Shown in pieces: positions 40,098 through 49,133 of a stretch of 64,000 nucleotides of DNA; the stretch's first letter is position 1; every line of letters begins with the position of its first letter. A program made the translations under genes and the position numbers. The notes below the pieces were generated by a model that saw nothing but the letters and a program-made list of their open reading frames with translations, was not told the origin of the DNA and did no database searches. The DNA is taken from positions 1 through 64,000 of IMG/VR virus record IMGVR_UViG_3300031548_000003. One strand, given 5' to 3'. This DNA comes from a virus. Lineage: Duplodnaviria > Caudoviricetes.

Positions 40098-40248
40098 TTA
40101 ATATGATACATGAAATATCACTACCAATTCCAGCAAAAGTTCCGCCCCAGAGACCGATAGTAAACGGCTCACAATTCAACCCTTTACACACAAGTACTGC
40201 TATTAGTCCGGCAAATACGCCTAATAAAACTCTAATAATAAATTCCAT
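40048..40248 (-). CDS. Small membrane protein
   Basis: Two hydrophobic segments; ATG preceded by tandem TAACTAAA. Confidence 0.55.
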   Translation of the reverse strand: MEFIIRVLLGVFAGLIAVLVCKGLNCEPFTIGLWGGTFAGIGSDISCIILNDHSTKYEKNINHIQH

Positions 40249-40262
40249 ATTTTTAGTTAAAT

Positions 40263-41024
40263 TTAGTTATTTTCTTTAAATCGAAATGTTGTATAAGAGT
40301 GACATTTATCACACTGCTTCTGAATCTTCTTAACTCCTGCTGCTGTGTATCTTATCTTTGATGTTTTAAAACTATCACCCCCGCAGTTAGGGCAAGTTTC
40401 ATCTTTGTCCCATCCACCTATTGCCCCTAGGTGGGGATGATTTTTAATGTAAGGCTTAATCTTCTCATAGAGTTCTTCCAGAAGTTGAACATCACCTTTA
40501 TTATAAGTAATCATTTCTTTAACAGCCGATTCGTCCCCTTTTAGTACCCTTAACCATAACCCCTTACTAGTCTCTATTTTACCCTCCCCTAGTAGGTGTT
40601 TACCTAAGTAGTCTAGGCGATGAGAGGTAAATGTGGCTATCTTCTTAATTTCTTTCAGAGTATCCAGTTGCAGTATACCAGAAGGAAGAGGATCGAGTCC
40701 ATGAAAAATTAGTCTGGCATTAATTTTACGAGTATCAAAATGCTTGGAATTATGTCCTATTATAATATCGGCCTCTTCAAATACTTCCCTAATCTTTTTT
40801 AACACCACCAAGTCATTACTAACATCCTTCTTGAAGGCTTTAAGATCATCCAGAATTGATGAATTATAAATTGGCTTCTTTCCTAGAAACTTCCAAGCTA
40901 TACAGATAATAGACCAATCTTGAAGAATATTATCATGTGGAATACTCTCCGGATATAGAGAGAAGGTTGCCGCCACTGCTGGTAAAGTTTCTATATCAAA
41001 TAGAACAATTTTAGGTTCCATCAA
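40263..41024 (-). CDS. RNase H-like (DEDD) 3'-5' exonuclease with C-terminal zinc ribbon
   Basis: LFDIET, GHNSKHFD, YNKGDV; CPNC and CDKC. Confidence 0.8.
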   Translation of the reverse strand: MMEPKIVLFDIETLPAVAATFSLYPESIPHDNILQDWSIICIAWKFLGKKPIYNSSILDDLKAFKKDVSNDLVVLKKIREVFEEADIIIGHNSKHFDTRKINARLIFHGLDPLPSGILQLDTLKEIKKIATFTSHRLDYLGKHLLGEGKIETSKGLWLRVLKGDESAVKEMITYNKGDVQLLEELYEKIKPYIKNHPHLGAIGGWDKDETCPNCGGDSFKTSKIRYTAAGVKKIQKQCDKCHSYTTFRFKENN

Positions 41025-41272
41025 TCTTTATTATCGCATTGTTCAAGCACATCTGCCATTGCATCCCTTAATTCTTTAAGATGCGCTATCAATTTATCCA
41101 CCTTATCTACACCTCTTTGATTGGCTAGACTGAGGTACAGATTAATATAATCTCTACCATCTCTGATTGATAAGTTAGCTTGAGGATATTCTCCGTCTTC
41201 TACCTTAGAGAGTATAGAAAAGTCATCAGAATAGTCGTGGACCCAAGTAGATTTATTATGTATTATTTCCAT
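41021..41272 (-). CDS. Hypothetical protein
   Basis: 83 aa; overlaps the next gene by 4 bp. Confidence 0.55.
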   Translation of the reverse strand: MEIIHNKSTWVHDYSDDFSILSKVEDGEYPQANLSIRDGRDYINLYLSLANQRGVDKVDKLIAHLKELRDAMADVLEQCDNKD

Positions 41273-41276
41273 AAGT

Positions 41277-41936
41277 TTATCGGTCTAAATCATTCACAAT
41301 TCTTCTTTCTGCCTCTCTTACTGTTGATACAATTGCTGTCATCAAATCTTCATAATCCTCGGAAGTCCTTCTATCTTCTCCTGAATAATTATCTAAGGCC
41401 CGAAACGCTCGACAGATGTTTACACTAAGCCCTCTATCTCTATCTAGCTCTAACCTGGATACAGTATCATTTACTTGATAAAGATTATTGTCGTACAGTG
41501 CCTCTACAACGTCCATTAGCACTTCTGCCTGGATTGTATTAATGTTATAGAGTTGTGATACTTTATTGATAAAGTTTTGAAGAAATTGTTTTTCATCAAT
41601 CTCTTGGCGTTGCATTGCAATCACCAGATTATTTATTGGTTGCTCTTGCGGTTCCATCCAATTTATTATTTTGTCTAAATCTTCGTCTTCAATGTTGAAA
41701 TCAAGGAGGTTTTCTTTCGTTAGGGTGTGGATCTTAGAACTATAGGAGAAGTCGCTTGAATCAGCATTCAACTCTTGAATCATCACCGCCCTATTCTCAG
41801 TTAGACCTATAGTATAGGTATTGTCATTCTGATTATAGAATGATTTATAGACTCTGCCTTCTTTAGGATGACCTTCGTAGATTACTGTATGTTCTAGGTT
41901 AGTCCATTTAAATTTTTCTATGAAGAGGAATGTCAT
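41277..41936 (-). CDS. Hypothetical protein
   Basis: 219 aa; coupled run. Confidence 0.65.
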   Translation of the reverse strand: MTFLFIEKFKWTNLEHTVIYEGHPKEGRVYKSFYNQNDNTYTIGLTENRAVMIQELNADSSDFSYSSKIHTLTKENLLDFNIEDEDLDKIINWMEPQEQPINNLVIAMQRQEIDEKQFLQNFINKVSQLYNINTIQAEVLMDVVEALYDNNLYQVNDTVSRLELDRDRGLSVNICRAFRALDNYSGEDRRTSEDYEDLMTAIVSTVREAERRIVNDLDR

Positions 41937-42121
41937 TAGGGGTTCTTTTTCTCGTTTAGGTCTGATATGTGGAACTCTAGAAATAACAAAGCTTTGTAAG
42001 AACTCAATCTGTTATTGTAACAATTTTTAAAGTACTCTACATGTTCAAACAGAATCTCATCTGAGTATTTAAATTCATGACTTCTAATACCCACATTTAT
42101 TAGATATTGTTTGAAAGTCAT
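41936..42121 (-). CDS. Small hypothetical protein
   Basis: 61 aa; coupled on both sides. Confidence 0.6.
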   Translation of the reverse strand: MTFKQYLINVGIRSHEFKYSDEILFEHVEYFKNCYNNRLSSYKALLFLEFHISDLNEKKNP

Positions 42122-42786
42122 AACTTTGCTTTGTTCATCATAAAACTATCTAGTGTAGAAAGAGATTCTTCTCCTTCGGTTGGTAAATCAGCAACAGTAT
42201 AGGTAGGAATCTGAAGAGGTTTCTCGATGTTCAGAGTAGCCTCTAGTTTCTTGGCTGATTCAAGAAGTCCAGGCAACTTTTCTCCAAGTTCCTGTGCTAT
42301 CTTTAAAGTCTTAGGATCTGTAATCTTTACTTCTTTTCCTTTTGAATCAACCACTACCTTACCCTTTACTACCATTGGTATTTTCTTGTCTGTTTTCAGG
42401 AAATCTTTTATCTCCTGGATTTGAGAATATAATGTTCTAAGTGTATCCTCATCCTCATCAAACTGAATTTCTCTGTATTTTTTGATTGCTGCTTCAATCA
42501 CCTCAACCTCTCCTCCTACTACACTTCTGCCATTTCTATCAAGCCTTTTACCTTCCATTAGGTAACCGGCTAGTTTAGCCGCTTCTTCTCTTCTTTGCTT
42601 TTCTGGAAGAGTACGTAAAGGACTTTTCTTGTCTGAGAAAAGTATAACAAACTTTATCCTCCTATCCCTAACCTCCGGTGTTCTTGCATTAATATCAGGG
42701 TCATCCAGCTTTGCGAATTCAGGTATTGAATGAAGCCCTGGGTTTAGATCAAATACGTTATCAGTTTGATTAATTTTAAACAGCAT
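42118..42786 (-). CDS. Conserved helical protein, possible terminase small subunit
   Basis: 222 aa helical; upstream of the packaging genes and no other TerS seen; weak inference. Confidence 0.4.
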   Translation of the reverse strand: MLFKINQTDNVFDLNPGLHSIPEFAKLDDPDINARTPEVRDRRIKFVILFSDKKSPLRTLPEKQRREEAAKLAGYLMEGKRLDRNGRSVVGGEVEVIEAAIKKYREIQFDEDEDTLRTLYSQIQEIKDFLKTDKKIPMVVKGKVVVDSKGKEVKITDPKTLKIAQELGEKLPGLLESAKKLEATLNIEKPLQIPTYTVADLPTEGEESLSTLDSFMMNKAKL

Positions 42787-43031
42787 TACTCAGTAGTCTG
42801 AGGTTCATTGAACTTCTTATACTTTGCGATTTTGGTATCAAGTTCAGTAACAACCTTATTTAGGTTAGTAAGTTGATCCTCAAGTTGTTTTATTCTTAAT
42901 GCAGCTTCATCGAACGACTTCTTGAGTCTTTCTTTCCGTACTACATGATCGTAATGAAGTATTTCTTTAAGTATACCGTCTGCTTGAGCAGATGAATTCT
43001 TTTCAATGACTGCTTTAAATTCTTGTTCCAT
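42786..43031 (-). CDS. Coiled-coil hypothetical protein
   Basis: 81 aa; coupled to the next gene. Confidence 0.6.
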   Translation of the reverse strand: MEQEFKAVIEKNSSAQADGILKEILHYDHVVRKERLKKSFDEAALRIKQLEDQLTNLNKVVTELDTKIAKYKKFNEPQTTE

Positions 43032-43033
43032 GT

Positions 43034-43228
43034 TTATAATTGTTTAATTATCTTTAAATACTTCTCCAACCTCTCTTCACTCATATCATTGACTTTATCA
43101 AATGCTTCTGAGTTGTTAGTTTTCTTCGTTCTCTTTAGTATCTCTTTAATAAGAGTAGTTTTGTTTTTAGTCATTAGGGGTATTTTTCTCGTTTGGTTGA
43201 CCGATGGTATGACCCTCAACTTTATCAT
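43034..43228 (-). CDS. Small basic hypothetical protein
   Basis: 64 aa; true start may be internal. Confidence 0.4.
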   Translation of the reverse strand: MIKLRVIPSVNQTRKIPLMTKNKTTLIKEILKRTKKTNNSEAFDKVNDMSEERLEKYLKIIKQL

Positions 43229-43403
43229 AGCCAGACCAGTATCCTGATCTATGCTTATTTAAAAATCCATGATTAGCTGAATGATTCTTCATTTCGTTAA
43301 AATCAAAAAATATTTGATACCCCTCAATATCAGTTTCAAACTGAATTACTTCTGCACAACTCCAATACCAAATCCAATAGTTTTTGTTTGGAAAATCCCT
43401 CAT
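43167..43403 (-). CDS. Hypothetical protein
   Basis: 78 aa; ATGA overlap with the upstream gene. Confidence 0.5.
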   Translation of the reverse strand: MRDFPNKNYWIWYWSCAEVIQFETDIEGYQIFFDFNEMKNHSANHGFLNKHRSGYWSGYDKVEGHTIGQPNEKNTPND

Positions 43404-43771
43404 AACAATGCAATTACAATTAATACTCCTGTTCCAATAAGTGATAATGTCTTTAACACCCGCTGCTTACGGGCATCTTTCTTAGCTAGCTTCAATTCCC
43501 TATTAAGGATATCCATTTCCTCATCTTTTAGTTTAACTACTTGATTACAGGTAGCTGAGTCCTGCTTGTAGGTTTCTATTATTTTATTCTGGATTAGGAG
43601 TTGCTGATTTAAGTTCAAAACGATTTCGGTATTAAGGGAATCTTTTCTCGTTAAGACTCGAGCAAGATCATCTCTCTCTAAGAAATACCTGGCAGTCTCT
43701 GTAGGTATCGTTACCTGAGCGGAAGCAAAAAATGGTACACTTCCAAATAGTATAATTAAAAAATACCTCAC
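43400..43771 (-). CDS. Membrane-anchored coiled-coil protein (possible spanin-like lysis accessory)
   Basis: N-terminal signal-like segment, coiled coil, C-terminal TM. Confidence 0.5.
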   Translation of the reverse strand: MRYFLIILFGSVPFFASAQVTIPTETARYFLERDDLARVLTRKDSLNTEIVLNLNQQLLIQNKIIETYKQDSATCNQVVKLKDEEMDILNRELKLAKKDARKQRVLKTLSLIGTGVLIVIALL

Positions 43772-44043
43772 TTCTTTAAGACGTAAGTTGCAATACGCTT
43801 ACCATCGAGAGCTGCACTCAGCTCCTTCATTAACTTTTTCAATTCCGCCTTCTTTTCAAGAAGAGCATCTCCGTTTAAACTGTAAGATTGCCCCTCAACC
43901 TTTAGGGCAAAGAAAAGACTACTTGCTGCTGAATTAATTGATGCACATCCTGCTTCATGAATGTTATCGAATACATCTGGAAAGTCCGACCCTATTGTGT
44001 TTCTAAATAATGTGTCCATTTTGTTATTTTTTAAATTCTTCAA
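43768..44043 (-). CDS. Hypothetical protein
   Basis: 91 aa; coupled. Confidence 0.55.
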   Translation of the reverse strand: MKNLKNNKMDTLFRNTIGSDFPDVFDNIHEAGCASINSAASSLFFALKVEGQSYSLNGDALLEKKAELKKLMKELSAALDGKRIATYVLKK

Positions 44044-44302
44044 TTGATATCTTCTTTATAAACTTTACCGTGGACTTTGGTATCCTGGTAATAGCTCCTA
44101 CTGTTTCACCTTGATTGAAAAAACTATCCATTAAAATCAAATAGTCGTCGTTGTTCTCTAGCATGAAGCCCACCTGGCTTACTATACCACTTTCGGAATC
44201 TACCCAATGAATAGCATCGTCGATATCTCTCCAACTGGTGTCAGTTGAGATAATGTCTTCCCACTCACAAAAAGTTAATGGATATTTATTAGTATTTGTC
44301 AT
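44024..44302 (-). CDS. Small conserved phage protein
   Basis: EWEDI...SQVGFML...IPKSTV Sm-like pattern. Confidence 0.6.
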   Translation of the reverse strand: MTNTNKYPLTFCEWEDIISTDTSWRDIDDAIHWVDSESGIVSQVGFMLENNDDYLILMDSFFNQGETVGAITRIPKSTVKFIKKISIEEFKK

Positions 44303-44684
44303 TAGCTCTTCTTATCATTTCTTGCTCCAGCTCAGCAGCATTTTTTCTTACGTAAGCCCCACGAATCTTCCTGATTTCTTTTAGAAGCTCTTCATTTATT
44401 CGAAGAGTGCTTTTATTAATCCTATCAATAGAATCAAAACGATTAATAAAATCCAGCCGTTGTCGTTCTGATCTTCTGAAGTTGTATTCGAGTTGTAAGT
44501 ATTTAGATTCGAAGTCATTTTTAATTTTGTTTTTATAGAGGTCTTTTTCTCGTTTGAATCTGGCTCCTGTGAATAAGCTAACCCCGAGAAGTACTGTAAG
44601 TATTGCAACTGCTATTTTCCAAATCATATTTTTAAAGATTAGGGGAGGAAAAACCACTAACCTCCCCATGAATCCAAACCACAT
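44289..44684 (-). CDS. N-terminal TM plus coiled coil (i-spanin-like)
   Basis: MIWKIAVAILTVLLGVSLF followed by a charged coiled coil; true start probably internal. Confidence 0.5.
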   Translation of the reverse strand: MWFGFMGRLVVFPPLIFKNMIWKIAVAILTVLLGVSLFTGARFKREKDLYKNKIKNDFESKYLQLEYNFRRSERQRLDFINRFDSIDRINKSTLRINEELLKEIRKIRGAYVRKNAAELEQEMIRRANDKY

Positions 44685-44720
44685 AAACTTGTTTATTACT
44701 AAATACGTAAAATAACTAAT

Positions 44721-45191
44721 TTAGTTACATTTAGTTATTTTGGATATGCGTAACAAAATAAAGTACCCCAATAGATCTTGAATACTGTCTTCAGTATCTT
44801 CATTTAAGCCTTTATTAGCTATTCTTGATAGTTTATCGTTTATCCTGGCTTGAATGGCTGTTACAGGATCAATATTAAATAATATACCGCTCTTTAAAGC
44901 TGAATCGCCGTACATAGCATTCTTCTTTAGAAGAAGTTCTTTTAGCTCATCACATTCTTTTATTATTAAATCTCTTGAACTAAGGGGCTTGTTCTCGTTT
45001 AGGTCTGAATGTGTCTCATCATATCCTAATTCTGTAGGCTCCAGATACAAAAAATTATCTCCATTTTGTACCAAATATTCACCCAATATATCATTACAAG
45101 TTATAATTTTGACTACTTGTCCAATATTAAGTCCATGACGAGTTACGTCATTTACAACCCTGACCCTGTCTCCTTCCTTAAATTTTAGCAT
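44721..45191 (-). CDS. KOW-like N-terminus plus DUF1599/Nmad1-like domain
   Basis: KKNAMYGDS...ARINDKLSRI...DSIQDLLGY motif. Confidence 0.7.
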   Translation of the reverse strand: MLKFKEGDRVRVVNDVTRHGLNIGQVVKIITCNDILGEYLVQNGDNFLYLEPTELGYDETHSDLNENKPLSSRDLIIKECDELKELLLKKNAMYGDSALKSGILFNIDPVTAIQARINDKLSRIANKGLNEDTEDSIQDLLGYFILLRISKITKCN

Positions 45192-45654
45192 GTTCTTTCA
45201 TTTTAATTAAATAATGCTCGATTAGTTCGAGCAATAATCTAGTTTGATCGGATACTTCTTTACCATAAGTAGCTACCAGATTCTTATCAGCCTTTTCAGT
45301 GAAATATCTTAAATCACTAATGTCTACATACCCATCAATTTCTCTGAAAGAAGTCGTCTCCTCAATCAAATCATAATCTGCTCTTCCAGAGAGACAGGAG
45401 GCTACAAAAGCAGTCATCGTACGTAGCCTGCGTAAATAATATCCGTATTTAGATAAATCATGATTATAGAACTCAATCTCCTTCTTTATGCTTTCAAGAG
45501 TAGTGATTTCAAATAGAAGATCAATCAACTCCTCGGCTAGTAATCTTTGTGTGTTGGCTATTTTCATGAGGCCCAAGCTAAAGCTATGAGCGTTCCTATC
45601 GCTCCCATTGTTATCCCTAATCCGATATAGTGACGTATTTTCTTTTTTACACAA
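45178..45654 (-). CDS. Hypothetical protein
   Basis: 158 aa ORF; start uncertain. Confidence 0.5.
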   Translation of the reverse strand: MCKKENTSLYRIRDNNGSDRNAHSFSLGLMKIANTQRLLAEELIDLLFEITTLESIKKEIEFYNHDLSKYGYYLRRLRTMTAFVASCLSGRADYDLIEETTSFREIDGYVDISDLRYFTEKADKNLVATYGKEVSDQTRLLLELIEHYLIKMKEHAKI

Positions 45655-45745
45655 AAAGCCAAGTAAAGGGATAGTCCTCTAGCCTCTTCATCTTGCATGT
45701 AATCTCTACAACCTTCGTAGAAATATTGTTCTAGGGGTTTCATTT

Positions 45746-45937
45746 TTAGTTTGGTTCTAATGATTCAGATAATGGCATCCAGTGAGTAGGGGTATGATAA
45801 ACGTACATTGACCCGTCAGGCGAAAACCAAATATTGCCATGTCTTTCAAGATTTGTAACAACTCGCCTTTTACTCTGTAAAACTTGTACTATAACACCAT
45901 CATCTGGCAACCTGTCTTTAACGCTGATCCAATTCAT
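45746..45937 (-). CDS. DUF551-like protein
   Basis: MNWISVKDRLP...THWMPL. Confidence 0.8.
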   Translation of the reverse strand: MNWISVKDRLPDDGVIVQVLQSKRRVVTNLERHGNIWFSPDGSMYVYHTPTHWMPLSESLEPN

Positions 45938-46278
45938 AAACTCTTAATTATTATTGAATACAATTTCCTTCGATATGGTTTAAGCGGGGCTAGGAAGAAT
46001 GCAAAATTCCCTTTTATATCTTGAACAAACGTCAAGTAGTAAGCTTGATCTTGATGAAGAATATCAATGAAGACGTCTTGTGCTACAGGAATCAATGCCA
46101 ATGTGTCTTCCCAGGTAATGAATCCTAAGTTTCCCTTCTCAAAAACAATCATCACTCGCTCTGTACTGTGCTGGACAGAATCAACTAAATTAGTTGGAAT
46201 TTTAGTTATTTTAACAGTAATAAGTAAAGGCTGCCCTAAGCATAAATTAGAAAGCAATATGAAAGCTAGAATTCTCAA
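45934..46278 (-). CDS. Putative secreted protein or lipoprotein
   Basis: MRILAFILLSNLC signal-like N-terminus. Confidence 0.5.
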   Translation of the reverse strand: MRILAFILLSNLCLGQPLLITVKITKIPTNLVDSVQHSTERVMIVFEKGNLGFITWEDTLALIPVAQDVFIDILHQDQAYYLTFVQDIKGNFAFFLAPLKPYRRKLYSIIIKSL

Positions 46279-46355
46279 GCTACCTTATTATAAGTTGGAC
46301 TCAAAAATATCTGGCTTGCCCCATTGAAGTATTGGGGCTGGCTTCTTTCTGTATT

Positions 46356-46673
46356 TCATTGCTCGATATAAAGAATAAATTTATAAAGTCCTTTGCTTTC
46401 AGGTTCAAAGATTACTACGGTGTTACCCGCGATTACTTTGGCAGTAATTATATATTTAGCTCCATTTTTATCAGAACATATCCACTTAGATTTAGACTCT
46501 TTCTTTATTAAGAAGAGTTCAAGTGTGTAGTCTTTGGTAGTTAAAGAGACTTTTTTCTCGTTTAGGTCGAAAGATGTTGATTGGACTTTATCTAAAAGAT
46601 AACCATCCTGATAAATCTCAACATCCTGAGCTAAACAGGAAAAAGAAATTAAAAGAAGGATAAAAGTTTTCAT
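46356..46673 (-). CDS. Putative secreted protein or lipoprotein
   Basis: MKTFILLLISFSC signal-like N-terminus. Confidence 0.55.
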   Translation of the reverse strand: MKTFILLLISFSCLAQDVEIYQDGYLLDKVQSTSFDLNEKKVSLTTKDYTLELFLIKKESKSKWICSDKNGAKYIITAKVIAGNTVVIFEPESKGLYKFILYIEQ

Positions 46674-46849
46674 CTAACAATTTCAATATCTTCCCATAGA
46701 ATCTCGCCTGTAGAAGATTCTATTTTTTGTTGTAACACTTGTGCGAATTTTACTAAACTGGATGGGTCTTCAATCACTTTCCATCTTAAGTGCATTGTCC
46801 TTCTCCATATTTCAGACTCAGTAGTATAGGTTGGTAAAACCGAATCCAT
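46670..46849 (-). CDS. Small hypothetical protein (59 aa, not in ORF track)
   Basis: MDSVLPTY...QVLQQK...WEDIEIVR; fills the gap with ATGA coupling. Confidence 0.5.
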   Translation of the reverse strand: MDSVLPTYTTESEIWRRTMHLRWKVIEDPSSLVKFAQVLQQKIESSTGEILWEDIEIVR

Positions 46850-46850
46850 C

Positions 46851-47090
46851 TTACTTAGCTTTGCCTGTTTTTCTTATTGTAGTCCCTTTTCCTTTCCGGG
46901 TCCCACCATAAGTCATTGCGGTAGGTTTAGGAGTGTAATTTAGTTTACTTTTCCCTGAACCTAAAGATGATTTGTTCATTCCTGAATCTACATAAGATGC
47001 GCCGTTCCAGGATGGAAACGGTTGATTATGAGCTTTTTTGTATGTCTTAGCTACTTTAGCTAGAGACGGGGATTTTGGTTTCTTTGCCAT
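46851..47090 (-). CDS. Small highly basic protein (possible DNA-binding/core)
   Basis: Lys-rich, 79 aa. Confidence 0.55.
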   Translation of the reverse strand: MAKKPKSPSLAKVAKTYKKAHNQPFPSWNGASYVDSGMNKSSLGSGKSKLNYTPKPTAMTYGGTRKGKGTTIRKTGKAK

Positions 47091-47133
47091 GTTTAGTTGT
47101 TTACAAATCTTGTACCGTAATTTAACGACATAT

Positions 47134-47613
47134 TTAGGTATTTTGTTTCAAAATATCATCAAAACTTATAGGCTTATACCCTATTCTTTTTGCATCTACA
47201 TTGAAATATCGAGCATCATTTAGCTCTACTTCATGTATATGGGCATGAATATTCATTTTTACTCTATACTCAAACTCAATAGGGTGCACCGGAATATGAG
47301 TTAACCAGTATTCGTTCTTATACCGGAACGGACCGCTTACTTTATCAACATATTTTAAAAGAAATGGTACGTGCTGGGGTTGATCATGATTTCCAAGCAC
47401 AACATGTTTGTACCCGTTAAGCCTTTCGAAGAAATCATAATTTGACTTCTCCATAGTTATATCTCCAAGTATAAAGACCTTATCTCGTTTGGAAACTGTA
47501 TTATTCCAGTTTTCAAAGATAAGTGAATCATGCTGATAGCTACAGCCAAACCCTCTAGTCTTTGCCATGTTTTCATGACCTATGTGTAAGCAACCTATTA
47601 TAAATACACTCAT
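47134..47613 (-). CDS. Calcineurin-like metallophosphoesterase
   Basis: GCLHIGH (D to C variant), LGD, GNHD, THIP, HAHIH motifs. Confidence 0.8.
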   Translation of the reverse strand: MSVFIIGCLHIGHENMAKTRGFGCSYQHDSLIFENWNNTVSKRDKVFILGDITMEKSNYDFFERLNGYKHVVLGNHDQPQHVPFLLKYVDKVSGPFRYKNEYWLTHIPVHPIEFEYRVKMNIHAHIHEVELNDARYFNVDAKRIGYKPISFDDILKQNT

Positions 47614-47840
47614 TTTATTAAAAATAAACTCAATCCTGTTAGTAACATTTCTGCTGGACTACCTTCATGTATTTGTGTTAGTTCACTATTAGTTCTTCTA
47701 AATACTTCTTTTCCATTCTTCCATACTACAAAGCACCAATCACCTGTTTCTAGTTCTATTTCGTCAGGTCCGTAGTAGGCTTTAAACTTAGGAGTTTCTA
47801 TTCCTGCTTGATTTTCAGAAGAGTAAATAAGAGGCACCAT
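47610..47840 (-). CDS. Hypothetical protein
   Basis: 76 aa; coupled. Confidence 0.55.
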   Translation of the reverse strand: MVPLIYSSENQAGIETPKFKAYYGPDEIELETGDWCFVVWKNGKEVFRRTNSELTQIHEGSPAEMLLTGLSLFLIK

Positions 47841-47843
47841 AGC

Positions 47844-48122
47844 TTAATCGTTTCCGTATCTGCTACACACCTCACTTTTCAAATTCTCTATTGTATCTGA
47901 TACAATCAGATCAGTTACACTTCCGTACTGCCATACATTACAGTACCATTTATTATCTTTGAAGAAAACATTACCAAAGAAATTCCATCCAGGATACTCA
48001 GCAACTTCTCCTGATGCTTTTATTCTCTCAACCACATCATAATCTATGACATGGTCTGAATTACTCATTATTGTTTCCATAAATTTTTCTGTAATAAATA
48101 CACCATCATTTGAATGCCTCAT
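47844..48122 (-). CDS. Hypothetical protein
   Basis: 92 aa. Confidence 0.55.
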   Translation of the reverse strand: MRHSNDGVFITEKFMETIMSNSDHVIDYDVVERIKASGEVAEYPGWNFFGNVFFKDNKWYCNVWQYGSVTDLIVSDTIENLKSEVCSRYGND

Positions 48123-48293
48123 ATTTAATAGTGTCTAAATTCCACTCCTCAATAAGTCCCCTTATCCCTTCTAGTTTTTCACCATATATAGTTAAATTTT
48201 TAGATGCTTTTCAGCTTTTTCTCTAGTTGAATAAACCGCTACAACTTCTTTCCCCTCATAGTCATGATCACGGAATAAGATGAATAATTTCAT
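48106..48293 (-). pseudogene. Small gene interrupted by a 1-nt frameshift in an A5 run
   Basis: MKLFILFRDHDYEGKEVVAVYSTREKAEKHL stops early; one extra A continues to ...IEEWNLDTIKYEAFK. Confidence 0.4.
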
Positions 48294-48685
48294 AATATAA
48301 GTTTTAATGCTTCAAGCAAGCCTTGTTCTAGAGCTTCTTCATAGGTATCAAAGTTCTCCCAGTGAGACGGAGACTCGGCTGAAGTACTGACTAGCATCTT
48401 CCAGAATTCAAAACCCCACCCAGCCTTACCATCGCTACGTCCAAAGTAATCAACTGAGATATGAATCTGATGAACATCTCTTAGCCATTTTTGAAGAAGA
48501 CTCTGGGTAGGTGCAGCCCAGATATGATCAGAAGAATAGTCTGAATCACTATTCCATTTAACCTCACTATTATCTAAAACTCCATGACATAGCTCATCAT
48601 TGTAATAGTAGCTCCAGGTATGCTCATCGAACCCTTTCTCCTTAGCTAGGGTAGCTGTTTCTTTAGTTACTAATTGTTCAGTCAT
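48290..48685 (-). CDS. Conserved Bacteroidota-phage hypothetical protein
   Basis: TATLAKEKGF...APTQSLLQKWLRDVH...YEEALEQGL. Confidence 0.75.
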   Translation of the reverse strand: MTEQLVTKETATLAKEKGFDEHTWSYYYNDELCHGVLDNSEVKWNSDSDYSSDHIWAAPTQSLLQKWLRDVHQIHISVDYFGRSDGKAGWGFEFWKMLVSTSAESPSHWENFDTYEEALEQGLLEALKLIL

Positions 48686-48722
48686 CTTTTAAAGATTATT
48701 TTGATACTTTTAATGGGATATT

Positions 48723-49133
48723 TCACTCTTCTATAGATAATTCTTCACTTGTTAATACAAAGTATAAGTTTTGAAGTTGGTGGACGTAATTAATCCATTT
48801 GAATGTAGCAGCAATATGATGACTTGCGTGATCGCAACTATGTGTGAATCCGAATCCACCGAGATAAGTATTTTCAGGTGGCGTTTCTGTATAGAACAGA
48901 AGAACGGACTTCTTTGCCCAATATGGATTATTAACATTCTCAATCCACCCACGACTCATCTTGAGAAATCCAAACCTCAGCAACCATTCTTCGGTGAGGG
49001 GGATAGGCTGGAACATTGGCTTCATTAGAGTTGAATACTCAAAGTTTGTTATATCGTTTGCGGACAAGGGGTATGCTTCACTGGTCTTCGCTTTAAAAGC
49101 AATATTCCCTATCCTTAAATCTGATGCTTTCAT
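48723..49133 (-). CDS. Conserved Bacteroidota-phage hypothetical protein (YopX-like)
   Basis: MKASDLRIGN...PIPLTEEWLLRFGF...YVHQLQNLYF. Confidence 0.75.
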   Translation of the reverse strand: MKASDLRIGNIAFKAKTSEAYPLSANDITNFEYSTLMKPMFQPIPLTEEWLLRFGFLKMSRGWIENVNNPYWAKKSVLLFYTETPPENTYLGGFGFTHSCDHASHHIAATFKWINYVHQLQNLYFVLTSEELSIEE

